This document shows, piece after piece, positions 48,841-60,968 of a stretch of DNA of 64,000 nt (positions are counted from its first letter, which is position 1; each line of letters starts with the position of its first letter). The stretch lies in NCBI GenBank assembly GCA_002269645.1, contig NIVC01000221.1:1-64000 (forward strand). Reading direction: 5' to 3'. The notes under the pieces were generated by a model, which had not been told where the DNA came from, did not search any database, and worked only from the letters and a program-made list of their open reading frames with translations. A program made the translations under genes and the position numbers. The stretch comes from Macrostomum lignano. Its lineage: Eukaryota.

Positions 48841-50059
48841 GATTAAACCATCTCAGGACCAAGTCTGAAAGCTTGAAGTAAATAAGGGCAGGAGAGGCGT
48901 GGCGGAGAGGTAGAATTGCATACTTCTAGTATAACGCAAGGGTAAGAGACACTATGCAAATGTGTTAGAATCAAGTATATCAGAATTGCATTGCGGTGGA
49001 GACACTGATTCATAGATTGTGTACATTGACAAAAGCAGGGTATTATGTCAATGCAGGTAGAGGTTGGTGGACACGGATTTGCGGTGTTCATATGTGCATT
49101 AACAGTTAGTTTCTTGCTAACTGGGGGCGGCATGGATGACGTAATCGGAGAAGAGGGTTTTGCTGAATAATGTTTAATATAGGGTCTGTGCTGTGGATAG
49201 ATCTGTCTGTACACTGAAAGTGGGCGGAATTCCTTGACAGTTAGTAATAGGGAGGTCGGAGAACAGGGACGAGTGGTTCTATTCGATTTGCTATATGGGC
49301 CTGCACTGTGAAGACGAATCTGTTGACCATTGGAGGGTGGCTGTTTTTGAACAGTCTTGGGGTTGATTTTGAATATGGGCAGAGTTGAAGTGTGATTCAA
49401 CATGTACAGGCCCAAACTCTATATGATTTGTACAGGCTTGATTTAATCTCTTGATTTGTACAGGCCCAAACTCAATATAAAGGCAATGTATTATAGGTTA
49501 TTGTACAATTTCAAGTGTAAGGAAATATGTCTCAGAGAGAGAAATCGCGTGCCGTGCATCCATGATTCTTACTTTTAGAGGTCGATATGCATAGTGATTC
49601 CAATATATATAGGTTGTAACACAGAAAATAGTATACAATGGAGATTTAGTATATTTGGATGTATCGTTTTTGTAAATATTCCGCGCATGCAACGGATTGT
49701 ACAGCTGTCGCGCGCGCACCGACCCACCTCTGCATATACTGCGCTGTACACGTAACAATTAGTGTTTCGAGTTGGAATTGTACATATAATCTTGGGGGGT
49801 TGGCGATTCAAATACGCAGAGCAGGGGCTGTCGTGTAAGATTGGGGATTAATGTATACACTGTACATATAGAAATTGTCATAGAAGTAGATTAATGCGCA
49901 AGTGTACATATAGAAGTATGCACTGTACAAGTTGACAATGCACATGTAGAATTGGGATAGACATAGAAGTAGACATGTACATATACAATTTGAGATAGAT
50001 AGGGATTAATGCAGTACATGGGATTAATGTACATATACGACTACATATTGCCATGTATA

Positions 50060-50177
50060 TCACGCTTAGGATAGCGTTTTCATATACTACTTACTTCATT
50101 TTCAAATAGTAGTATAATTTGCGTCTTTTGCGTCAAATCTGCCTAAAAATCGACAACAATCTGCACGATACGTAGTT
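50060..50177 (-). repeat. Right TIR of the 33.7-kb element
   Basis: Reverse complement of 16523-16640 with few mismatches, followed by TTAA. Confidence 0.92.
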
Positions 50178-50790
50178 TTAAGTCACTTTCTGACGACATC
50201 TTTGTAACGCAGGCATATCTACAAAAATATAATTTAGATACAGTTTAGACTACTTTTCTCGGTAGAAAAATGGAAAAAGTGGTGCTGAAATTTATTCGAG
50301 AACAGTTTAATCAGAAATAGGGACAATAAATTCTTTTGTATTCAGTAGACTATAAAAATCTGATGCCAGTAGTCTGATGCGATTCTTGTTTACTGCCTTT
50401 AATGGCGTTCAGGTTCTAGCTTTTTCTGTTCATATGGCTTTTGTTCTGAAACCACACGCATGCCATTAATTAATTGTGCTGTTAACATAGGAGTATGCTT
50501 GATTGCTGCCATGGATCCTCTAATTCAGCACTGTTTACCAAGCCTCTCGGGCACCCAGTAATTGATTTCTTGATTGGGGAATTGCATCACTATGGCAACG
50601 AATCCCAGAGCCTTTCCCATTCCAATGGATCACGGATCCAGATGGGAACAAAGCATTGTCAATAATAGAACCAAATATCAGCAGAAAGCTTCTATTGGCC
50701 ATCCATGTCCAATTAACGACATTGCTTTGGAAGATAAAAGCGTGAGCGTGAGAACCCAAAAAGCGCTTTAACACTTTTCCTTCAGGAAAA

Positions 50791-51524
50791 ATGAATCAAC
50801 TTGAGCAACTGCTTATATGGCTTCTGGCCTTCATGACCTGCTCTGAGTCCATCAGTTTCTCTTACAGAGGCTGCTATGTGGACAGCTCAAGCTCAAGGGA
50901 CTTGAATGGATTACTCGGAGTCAGCAACATCGGTGAACTCAGCATCACATTTGGCGGTTACGTGTACAACAAGACCACAATGACGCACGAGCTGTGCGGT
51001 AGCGTCTGCTCTCTAGGCGGCTTCCGGTACTTCGGTATCCAGGTTGGTGAGCAGTGCTTCTGCGGAAACTCCTTCGGAGTCCATGGTGCAGCCGGAGAAA
51101 GCCAGTGCAGCAATCTCTGCACAGGAAATTCGGGGCAGAAGTGCGGAGCGGCTAACCGCAATTCCGTCTTCGAGTTGAGCTACCCCAGTGAGTGAATTGA
51201 TTCTGTTTGCCACAGTGGAAATAATACCCGTTTTATCGGTATGGGTGAAAAGTAAAACTGCCATCTAAACTGACAAAACTGATTTCAGACAAACACGTCT
51301 ACACTGTGCTAAAGCAGAACAGTCTCACCGTCATCTCGTCCGAGACCTCATCCTGGCCGGCTGCTGCCCAATCTGACGCGGACTGCCTACTGTGGTGCAG
51401 CGCCACAGCCGACTGCCAGGCCGCCGTTTTCTCCCAGCTCCAGCTTGAGTGCCACCTGCTGGCGTTCGCCTACCCGCCAGCCAGCTTGACCGGACCCGAC
51501 TGGACTCTCTACCAGCGTGGCTGA
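50791..51524 (+). CDS. Secreted WSC + PAN/apple-like protein, copy C (exons 50791-51187, 51289-51524)
   Basis: Signal peptide and WSC Cys pattern. Phase-1 intron CCC A|gtgagt ... tttcag|ac (101 nt); conserved SWPAAAQSDADCL exon. Confidence 0.9.
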
Positions 51525-51660
51525 GAGAACGCAGCACCAGACTGGGATGTCTTGCGAATATTATTAAACAGTTTAGTTGACTATTTTAACCCATTTTGTG
51601 TGGACGCGACACGATCTCTCGCTTTTAACGCAACTAAAAGCATCTTGAAGCAATGATTGT

Positions 51661-52244
51661 AAAAGCTCCACCCTCCAAGCGAGATGAAAATTTGCTCACT
51701 TATTGCGACAACTTCTCACTCACAATTCCACCCTCCAGTTACGCAACTAAGCCGCCACGAGGAAGGTAAAGTTTATTGAATCAGTAATAAACGTTTAGTC
51801 GCACAAAATCAGAACAGTTTTTTATGCATGCAATATGCAGTTAGAATCGCGATGCTTAGTACCGCGTGTGGGATCCCTTCGCACGCAGAACTGCGGATGA
51901 GGATGAGGATCAGGATGAGGCGGCGCAGAAAGTCCTGGGGAAGCTGCTGCCAAGCGTTTTCAGTGGCAACATTCTGTGGTGGATTCTCTTTTCGAAAGCT
52001 GCGTTTTAGGAAGTCCCAGACATGATTCATGTCTGGGGACCGGGAAGACCAGCGCAGAGTGCGCAGCTGCAGCTATTCTTTCAGTTGACTAACAGCATCG
52101 GCTCGGTGTGGCGGCTTTTGTTTTGTACCATGCGTTATGCAGTCCCAAGCCACCCCAAGTTTCAATAAGCTTCGCGTTTGCCGGTAAGTTGCGTCTCTCG
52201 CAATAAGTGAGAAAAATTCACCTCACTTGGAGGGTGGAACTTTT
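51661..52244. mobile_element. MITE-like insertion with ~48-bp TIRs
   Basis: AAAAGCTCCACCCTCCAAG...CTCACTTATTGCGA is inverted at 52197-52244. Flanks are GATTGT/GACTGT. A paralogous site lacking the insert lies at ~54895-55035. Confidence 0.7.
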
Positions 52245-53002
52245 GACTGTTGCTGAGTGTAATTGGAGTATAAATAAAAATCGAGACGCAAATCAAAACA
52301 TAAAATAATTCCTTCTCATTTATTGAAGAACTCACTCACTTTGCGGACCTTGCTGATGTGAGTTCCGGGTATGCAGGGATCCAGACCGAACAATGGCCGA
52401 TCTTAGGAAAAAAAAATATTTTATCCAATTCGGTCGATAGAAATCTGATTGCTCGAGTGCTTACAAAATGCACTTAGCAAAACGACAAATAAACGTGCCT
52501 TTCCGGTTACCGGCCTCCAGTCCATTTCTAAGAAAATCTCGCCGCAAGATACTCACAAAATCATACTAGCTTTTGGCATAATTATTACCATGCAACAGTA
52601 GATTCACTGCTTCGTGAACAACACAGTTGGAACCAGACACTTTAATAAGAATAAGATTGACAAAAATTCGGAATAACCAGCCGCATGTTTGCTAGCTCTA
52701 TTTTTGTTTTGAACGATTTCCAGACCTAATTACCTGGACTGATACGATCCATTTATGAAAATATAAGCATGTCCTAAAAATTATTGTCACCTCCAAGAAG
52801 GCTGGACAAGGCACCAGTTTTTGAATTTACGACCTAGTCACCTAGGTGACATCGCTAATAAAACTTTAGCGATGTTATTAACGGTTTTAAGTACATTTTA
52901 CTAAGGTATACCAGCCTTGTATGGATTTAGTAATGCACTTTTTTAGAAACAGCAAATGAATTTCAATATGGTATTCTTACTGACATAGACGCTGATTTTC
53001 AG

Positions 53003-53212
53003 ACGTCTACACAACGATGAAGCAAAACAGTCTCGTCCAACTAGTGCTTGAACTCCTCCTGGCCGGCCGCTGCCCAGTCTGACGCTGACTGCCTGGCCCG
53101 GTGCAGCGCCACAGCCGACTGCCAGGCCGCCGTTTTCTCCGAGCGGCTGCTCGCCTGCCACCTGCTGGCGTTCGTCTACCTGCCAGCCAGCCTGACCGGA
53201 CCCGACTGGATT
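53003..53212 (+). pseudogene. Orphan PAN/apple-like exon 2 of the WSC family (frameshifted, no exon 1)
   Basis: Acceptor ttttcag|ac, then VYTTMKQNSL, a frame break at ~53052, then SSWPAAAQSDADCLARCSATADC. No WSC exon upstream. Confidence 0.75.
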
Positions 53213-53737
53213 GTCTCAAAAGTGTCCGTGTCTGAAACTACATCCAGAACTGTACGCCACTTAGGAATGCAACTAATACACATAATCTACTAGATGTTGG
53301 AAGAGAAGCTAAGAACAAATATATTTTGATTGAGTGACAAAATCAGGTTTCCATTCGACATAATTTGTTTCGAAGTGCTTCTCAGATGATCCTGGCATGT
53401 GTGCGAGTAGCTTACTCGTACGAATATGTAGTATATGATAAATGAAATTCAGGTAAAGTTGCTCGCTTGGCAAGTACGATGAATAGGAAGGCAAAATCAA
53501 CATTAAATTAATTTAATTGAACGACGCGTTTCGCACGATACTGTGCATCTTTAGGTTTATTTTTGAGCGAAAGAAACGAGTGAGATCGGCAGTAAATAAA
53601 TACAAAATTTTGGGTGTAAAATCAATCAATATTTGAAGTACATGTTTGTTGGTCCAAAAGTCGAGAGGCAAAGTCTAGGGACGGAATGATAGTCGAAATA
53701 GTTAGAAGTCTATAATGTACATCCAGTGTCCCCTCCC

Positions 53738-54490
53738 TCAGAACACACGGAGAACATGTCCCGCGCCACTGTGTTGGAGTTGAGTGTTGAGGTTGGGGGA
53801 ATGCGCTTTAATGTACAGCGCTTCAATTATCTGGAGTTTGGAGTCAAATGAGCATTGATCAATGACTTTGAAGCGCTCTTCGGGTTTGCAGTTGTAGCAA
53901 ATAATACACTCTAAGAGATGGTTTTGGAAAGCCGACGGTTTCAGCCAGTGCTCCCTGATTCTAGTGTGCAGGTGCCTTTTTGTCTTCCCCACGTAGGAGA
54001 CGCTCTGGTCATCAGAGCAGTTGAACTGATAAACGACACCAGCACGAAGAGCACAGGGAACACGTGACTTCAACCGACCGACAAAGTTGCCAACCTTAGC
54101 AGAACGAAAGATGACACGGCCATGTTGCAATTAAGCGAGTTGCGGAATGATTTGCAGATTTTATTTTTGAAAAGTTGAGAAGGATAGCCAAAGAAAGGGA
54201 GGACAAGAGTTGGTTCGTTGAGATCGATGGGATCGGCTTTAGCGCTAGGCTGATTAGCGATTTTCTCAAAGACGAATTTGTGAATGAGAGAGTGGATAAA
54301 CGCACGAGGATAGCCATTTTGTTGAAACATTTTGGTCAGAAAAATCACTTCTTGGTCAAAGTTAGTCCAGGTGTTGCAGACACTGAAAGCTCTGTGGAGC
54401 AGACATCTAATCAGGCCGGATTTCCACTGTCTTGGACATAAAGCATTGAAGTTGAGGATGAGATTGGTCAACGTGCTTTTCCGAAAAACT
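53738..54490 (-). mobile_element. 5'-truncated Penelope-like element (RT thumb + GIY-YIG endonuclease)
   Basis: KSGLIRCLLHRAFSVC...NGYP, LVLPFFG, and VVYQFNC...SYVGKTKRHLHTRIREH...IEALYIK...PNLN. One frame break at ~54125. Confidence 0.85.
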
Positions 54491-55436
54491 TTGGTGGAGA
54501 GAGTTCCGCAATTAAAATCAATGTTGAATAGGAAATATGAAATATGAAATATGAAAATGAAATATTTTGGAGCTTCACTTATCATCTCCAGAGCCCGTGT
54601 TTTTTTACAACTACATATATAAATGATTTCAAAACGTCTTTGATTCCGAACTAGGATTTGCTGGAATTATGAGTACTCAATGCTTGAGTAGCTATTTTGC
54701 GAGCAGGAAGGCACAGGCGTTCACGAATGCTTACGCCATCACTAGAAGCATGTCATCAAAAAATTCACAAAATTTTGCTAAGTTAGGTGCAGCCAATGAC
54801 TACCTAGAAGTCCTTGGGTGCAGCCATAAGTAACATGTTATATTTCATTTCTTAGATACTTCAACACAGAAATTATAAGAAGGCTTTTATTGCAACTAAA
54901 AGCATCTTGAAGCAATGATTGTTCTACGAGTATTTGCAATATAAGTAGAAATCAAGATGCAAATCAAAAATAAAATAATTCTTTCTCATTCATTGAAGAA
55001 CTCAGTCACTTTGCGGACCTTGCTGATGTGAGTTACAGCAAGTGTGCCGTGCCGGGTATGCAGGGTATGCCGGGTCTAGAAAGTATCAGTACGTAGGAGC
55101 GTATAAAATATAAAAAAGATACTCGAAATGGCCCTCAATGCTCAACATCGGTTGTTTTTTTGTAGCTTGGGCGGCAGAGCATTGCATGTTTCTCCTGAAT
55201 AATGAGCGTTGCATTCGCGGTGAACAAGGGAACGATTACGTTCAACTCGATTGAAAAACAATTTACCGAAAATGATCACCTATGCACATTAAAAAAATCT
55301 TGACTTGGCTGAGGAACTGCATCTGATTGGTTTAATCAAAGCTGGTACGCCATTGGACGAGCGGACAGATTCTCAACTTTAAAAGCTCGAAGTCGCGAGC
55401 TCCAGCTAAGTAGCTTGCAGTTGAGAAACTGAGAAC

Positions 55437-56165
55437 ATGCTTTGGGTGCCGAAACTGCTAGTTCTGATCTACGCCCTCCTGACCTGCGCGGAATGCAGGG
55501 TCGTCCGCTTCTCCTATGTTGGCTGCTACATGGACACTAACACAGTCAGAAACTTGAACGGGCTAAGCGGTGTCACAAGGATTGGCGAATACGAAATCGC
55601 CTACAGAAAGTGGATAAACAAGACCGAAATGTCGCACGAGCTCTGTAGCAGTGTGTGCTCACTTGGTGGCTTCGCCTACTTTGGTGTGCAGAATGGAAAA
55701 GCGTGCCTCTGTGGCAACTCCTTCGGATCTCAGGGCAAAGCCAACGAAAGCGACTGCAGCACAAAGTGCAGAGGAAACTCTTTGCAGATCTGCGGAGCTC
55801 CATGGCGAAACTCGGTGTTCGCTCTGACCTACCCGAGTGAGTAGCTTTGTTCTTGCGACGATTGATTGACCTTCAAGGCTATCTACAGGGGGCCTTTCTA
55901 AAACACACCTCAACCACAATCTGTTTTAGACCAAAACTTCTACAAGATGATGAAGGATTCTACCCTCGCCGTGGAGACCATCAAGACCTCGTCCTGGCCG
56001 GCCGCTGCCCAGTCCGACGCGGACTGCCTGCTCCGGTGCAGCGCCAGAGCCGACTGCCAGGCCGCCGTTTTCTCCAAGCGGCTGCTCGCCTGCCACCTGC
56101 TGGCGTTCGCCTACCCGCCAGCCAGCCTGACCATACCCGACTGGACTCTCTACCAGCGTGGCTGA
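55437..56165 (+). CDS. Secreted WSC + PAN/apple-like protein, copy D (exons 55437-55836, 55930-56165)
   Basis: Signal peptide and WSC Cys pattern. Phase-1 intron CCG A|gtgagt ... ttttag|ac (93 nt). Confidence 0.9.
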
Positions 56166-56969
56166 GTTACAAAGCACTTGACGAAACATTCTGGCACGAT
56201 CAGTCTGAAACTTTGAAGTTTTGTGGCGGTTCTAAACTTTGCAGTCTGTTCCGATCAATTCCGCTTGTCAATCAATAAAAAGTGTGGGAAATTTATCAAG
56301 AGAAATTTTTTTGGCATCGAGAAATAATGTCATTTATTCTTTATTTCACTGAGAAAGGGCAATGAAAGATGTGTTTTTCAGCAATTATTGGCAGCAATTC
56401 TAGCTCCGATTCGAGAATACATGCACCATGGCTCACAAAAGCAGTAGCAAACCGTGTCTGGAAGAAAGGGTCGAAAAAGCAGGGATTCAATGATAGTTTA
56501 CAAGGCACATACATCTCAGTTTCCATGCAGTCAGGACTGCGTCAATGATGTGTTAAGACGAAGTTTCATATTTTATTTGTTGACTACCGATCAACGCCGG
56601 GACTAATGGTAGAGCAAACAGTTTCTCAGGCTGGTCAACACTGCTGCTTCCCTGTTTAAACACACAGGTCTTAGAAGGGAATTACCGATTTGTTTCTTGC
56701 TACCTAAATATAGGACAGAAAAATGAGTTCAATAGCATTAGCTTGCTGCCGCCAGATCATTTTCAGGTTTGCAAGCGCCTCTTTGACTGCAGTTGGAGTT
56801 TTTAAGTCTCTTAAGAATGGCCGAATAGACTTCAAGAAATCGCGTATTCTGTGTTGCGAAGTTGCGATGTGTCTTAACTGATGAAATCTATTCAAAAAGT
56901 AGTTTATTGAGTAGACATACGCTTAAAGTGTATTCGTATCAGATTTTATATTCACGAACGTTCTCTCCC

Positions 56970-57038
56970 AGCCGTTTCTCCCATGCCCGCCAGCCGGCCT
57001 GACCGGACCCGACTGGACTCGATTCGTGGGTGGCTGAG
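56970..57038 (+). pseudogene. Degenerate 3' scrap of the PAN-like exon
   Basis: CCCGCCAGCC..CCTGACCGGACCCGACTGGACTC...GTGGCTGAG matches the ends of copies C and D. Confidence 0.55.
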
Positions 57039-58117
57039 CGCCCAGCACTCACACGTACATTATTTTGTAATTTTGCAAATTACGAGCTAGCTATGAAAAG
57101 TTTTTGCCTACAAAAGTTTTACTTTAAAAAGTGAATTTAGTCTGGGTTCATTCAACAGAGACAATTATTCTGTGAATAGTGAAAGAAGCTTCTTCCTTAA
57201 ACGGTATTTTTGACTTGAATTATTGTCGTACAAATCATATGCTGTGTCGATAGCTGCCTCTTTTAATGGTGGGTGAGTCTTCCACAGATCCATTACTTCA
57301 TTAACAGCCAAAATGCTGGGTAGCCTCTACGCACCTCGTGCATTCTTTCTGTCAAAATTTGAAACCTTTTTTATCCAGATTGATGGAGTCTGCCAGTCTT
57401 GCTACAAAGATCCCGACTTCCCAAACATTTTAAACGCTTTTATCTCTCGTTTCGGTAAGCAAAGTCGCTGTGTAATCAGACTTGGCCTCCGCTAAGGCAG
57501 ATTCAGTGCCGGATGAAGTCTGCCACAACTTCTGCTGCCAGTGCTTGCTTGGTTGCAGAAGCGGATAAGTAGTGTTTCACCTGACTCAGGGACTGAAAGC
57601 AGCAAATGCGGCAAATCGAAGCTAATTGTAACTAATGGAAGTTTCAGTGGCTCTGCAAAACTTTACTGCCGTATATCTGCCGTATCCGGTACTACATGCA
57701 ACTATAGATCCAGAAAATTGTTATAAGCCTTAACATATACACTGAGCTGCTTGAGTTCTTTTGCCCTTAGATGTCAATTACAATTACTATGCTGTGATAG
57801 TGGGGCCGCTGGCGCAAAAAAATTGCCAATTCCCACTTAAATCAACATCTACTAAAATCTTATTATACATAATGCTCTTATATTTAAAACTAGCAATCAC
57901 AATGCATTACCTACAGTCCCTCATCTAAAGGGGACAACAAAAAGCGACCAGCCCCCCCAAAAAATCCCCCTTAGATCAACATCTACTAAAATCTATTGGC
58001 ACATAATACCCTAACACCTAAAACCATTCACCCCATCACAATACTTACAGCTACTGATCTAAGGAGGATTTTTTGCGTTTACACCAGACAGTAAAAAATT
58101 ATACATAATCACCCAAA

Positions 58118-59200
58118 ACCCAACATCTGACGCCCAACACTTAACATCTGACACCTGACACCCAACACCCAACACCCAACACCCAACATCTGATACCCAA
58201 CACCCAACGCCCAACATCTGACACCCAACACCCAACACCCAAAACCCAACACCCAACACCTGACACCCAGCACCCAACACCCAACACCCAACATCCAACA
58301 CCTGAAACCTGACACCTGACACCCAACACCTGACACCCAACACCCAACACCCAACACCCAACATCTGACACCCAACACCCACAACATCTGACATCCAACA
58401 CCCAACACCCAACACCTAACATCTGACGCCCAACACCCAACACCCAACATCTGACACCCAACAGCCAACACCCAACACCTAACACACAACATACAACACT
58501 CAACAACTAACACCCAACACCCAACATCTGACACCCAAAAACAAACACCCAACACCCAACACCTGACACCTGACACCTGACACCTGATACCTGACACCCA
58601 ACACCCAACACCCAACACCTGACACCTGACACCTGACACCTGACACCCAATAACCAACACCCAACACCTGACACCCAACACCCTACACCCAACACCCAAC
58701 ATCTGACACCCAACACCCAACATCTGACGCCCAACACCCAACACCCAACATCTGACACCCAACACCCAACACCCAACACCTGACACCTGAAACCTGACAC
58801 CTGACACCTGACACCTGACACCCAACACCCAACACCCAACACCTGACACCTGACACCCAACACCTGACACCCAACACCCAACAACCAACACCAAACACCT
58901 GACACCTGACACTCAACACCTGACACCCAACATCCAACACTCAACAACTAACACCCAACACCCAACATCTGACACACAACACCCAACACCTGACACCTGA
59001 CACCTGACACCTGACACCTGACACCTAACACCTGACACCTGACACCCAACACCTGACGCCCAACACCCAACATCCAACACCCAACACCCAACGTACAACC
59101 CTCAACACCTGACACCCAACATCCAACACTCAACAACTAACACCCAACACCCAGCACCTGACACCCAAAACCCAACACCTGACACCTAAACCCTGAACCC
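58118..59200. repeat. 7-bp simple satellite (CAACACC / CTGACAC mix)
   Basis: Interleaved CACCCAA and CACCTGA heptamers, the source of the VLGVGCW pseudo-ORFs. Confidence 0.95.
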
Positions 59201-59753
59201 TAGAACGGTTTCTTTGTAGCTCTTTCTGGTTTTCGTCATTGCATACAAAAAGTTATGCACAGCTCACTGGCCACAGATGTCGCTGTTAAGCTCTTGAAGG
59301 ATAAAGTCTGAGCGATAAAGTTCTGCCCTTTCAAGTAATTTCTTAGTTCTTCAGGTGGAGCTGTTCCATAGCTATCGAAGTAGTATTATTTATGCTTGCG
59401 ATCACGATCGATCACCCAGCAAACCCAATGAGAACCAGGTTTATCAGAGGTGTCAAAGTTTATGATACCGCATTCTTTTTTTTTTGGGTAGGAGTATTGT
59501 GTAATTTGGGAAGTGCATCTCTCATGAAGACCCCTCGGAAGTTTGGGATCTCCAACCCATTAGCTAAATCTTGCAGAAAAGTACCGGGTATTTGTTGTCA
59601 TTTTTTTCATTATAAATTAAAAATAGTTTCCCGCATTCTAAAATGACCAAAGGGTAGACTTTAATGTTGTCATCAAAAACAAATCGTTTATTATCAGCAC
59701 CTGACAGGCCAATCTTCTTCTGTTGAATTGTATAAATATTGTGGTCTTCTGAT

Positions 59754-60175
59754 TACGGACTCCAAGGACAGCTCAGCCAAAGCAAGTGCAACAGGCAGTG
59801 AAAGGGAAACCCTGAGCAGATTTGCGGTGGCTCCTCCATCAACTCCGTGTTCGCTCTGAACTATCTAAATAAGTTAGCCTTGCTCTGTTTTCTTGGAGTT
59901 TCGAATGAGATAATTGAGAAGGTTTCTTGTTGGAACCACAACTTGCAGACAACAATGCCTACACTGTGCCGGACATCACGGTGACCTCTACCGTGGACTC
60001 GTCCTGGCCGGCCGCTGCCCAGTCTGACGCGGACTGCCTGCTCCAGTGCAGCGCCAGAGCCGACTGCCAGGCCGCCGTCTTCTCGAAGCAGCTGCTCGCC
60101 TGCCGCCTGCTGCCGTTCGCCTTCCCGCCAGCCAGCCTGACCGGACCCGAGTGGGCTGTGTTCATCAAAACCTGA
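59754..60175 (+). pseudogene. 5'-truncated WSC + PAN pseudogene (A/B type)
   Basis: Starts mid-WSC (YGLQGQLSQSKCNRQ*), with an in-frame TGA at 59799-59801 replacing Cys. The donor is mutated to ATAAGT at 59869. Exon 2 (59949-60175) is still open. Confidence 0.85.
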
Positions 60176-60968
60176 GTCTTGCAAGGACGGACAAGCGGCT
60201 TCGAGGTCAAACAGCCTGAGAACGATTTTGCAATAAACAGTTCCGTAAAATAACGTTTTAAAGTATCCGTTTTTGCATCCAATTAATCTGGAAATCGTTC
60301 TTTTGATTGAGAAATTCATATGCATGACATCTTTGAAATGCGCAACATTAGTATTGAAATACATGAACCGATATTTTGTCAAGCATGTGAATTAGATATT
60401 TAATATTGACAACTGGCATTGAATTGTTTCACGTAGTTGTCTTTTTACCTGATATTGGTTTCTGAACCCAGACAGCCCCGAAGCTGTAGCCACTTTTCCT
60501 TTCAACCAAGAAACAAAAAGGATGCAGGACAATGACTTGAACAAATGTTAATTTAGCATGGCTTAATTTTTGAACCCTGCAGCTCTTTAGCCGCCAAATA
60601 GGAAAAGAACATTTTAAGAAAAGAGGCTGAATAATTTGAGAATCGGAAGCGCAATTAACAAGAATAGTCGTGATTCAGAAGCGATTGATTGTATAAAAAC
60701 ATACAAAACGTTTGGTCAAGACGATTTATGGTTAAAATTCAATGGTTCGAATGAGGCTTACTTGGATAAATAGCTCTGTTCGAATTCTGAATACATTTGA
60801 ATTCTTGATGGCTAATACTCGTAGCTGTGAAAACTGCTTTCAGCCGTGAAATAGAAAATTCTATTTCTATTTGCATACTAAATAATAGAACCCAACACTA
60901 ATCCAAACATAGGGAATCCTGCAAACCTTGCTTATCTTTGAACGACGGCCACCAGGCATTATGGATGG

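Larger units (their letters stand above)
16523..50177. mobile_element. 33.7-kb TIR-bounded element flanked by TTAA, carrying a pPolB gene and a nested Helitron array
   Basis: 16523-~16640 is a near-perfect inverted repeat of ~50060-50177. TTAA lies at 16519-16522 and 50178-50181, with no symmetry beyond it. Termini are 5'-GA...TT-3'. Confidence 0.75.

Noticed and set aside
16523-50177. A complete canonical Polinton/adintovirus
   Set aside because: No integrase, packaging ATPase, maturation protease or capsid ORF is visible, and the termini and TSD do not fit.
50535-50774. IHWNG motif suggestive of a glycosyltransferase fragment
   Set aside because: A five-residue match only, with no other family motif nearby.
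58059-59136. Val/Gly/Cys/Trp-rich ORFs
   Set aside because: Stop-free reverse reading of a 7-bp simple repeat, open in all three frames.
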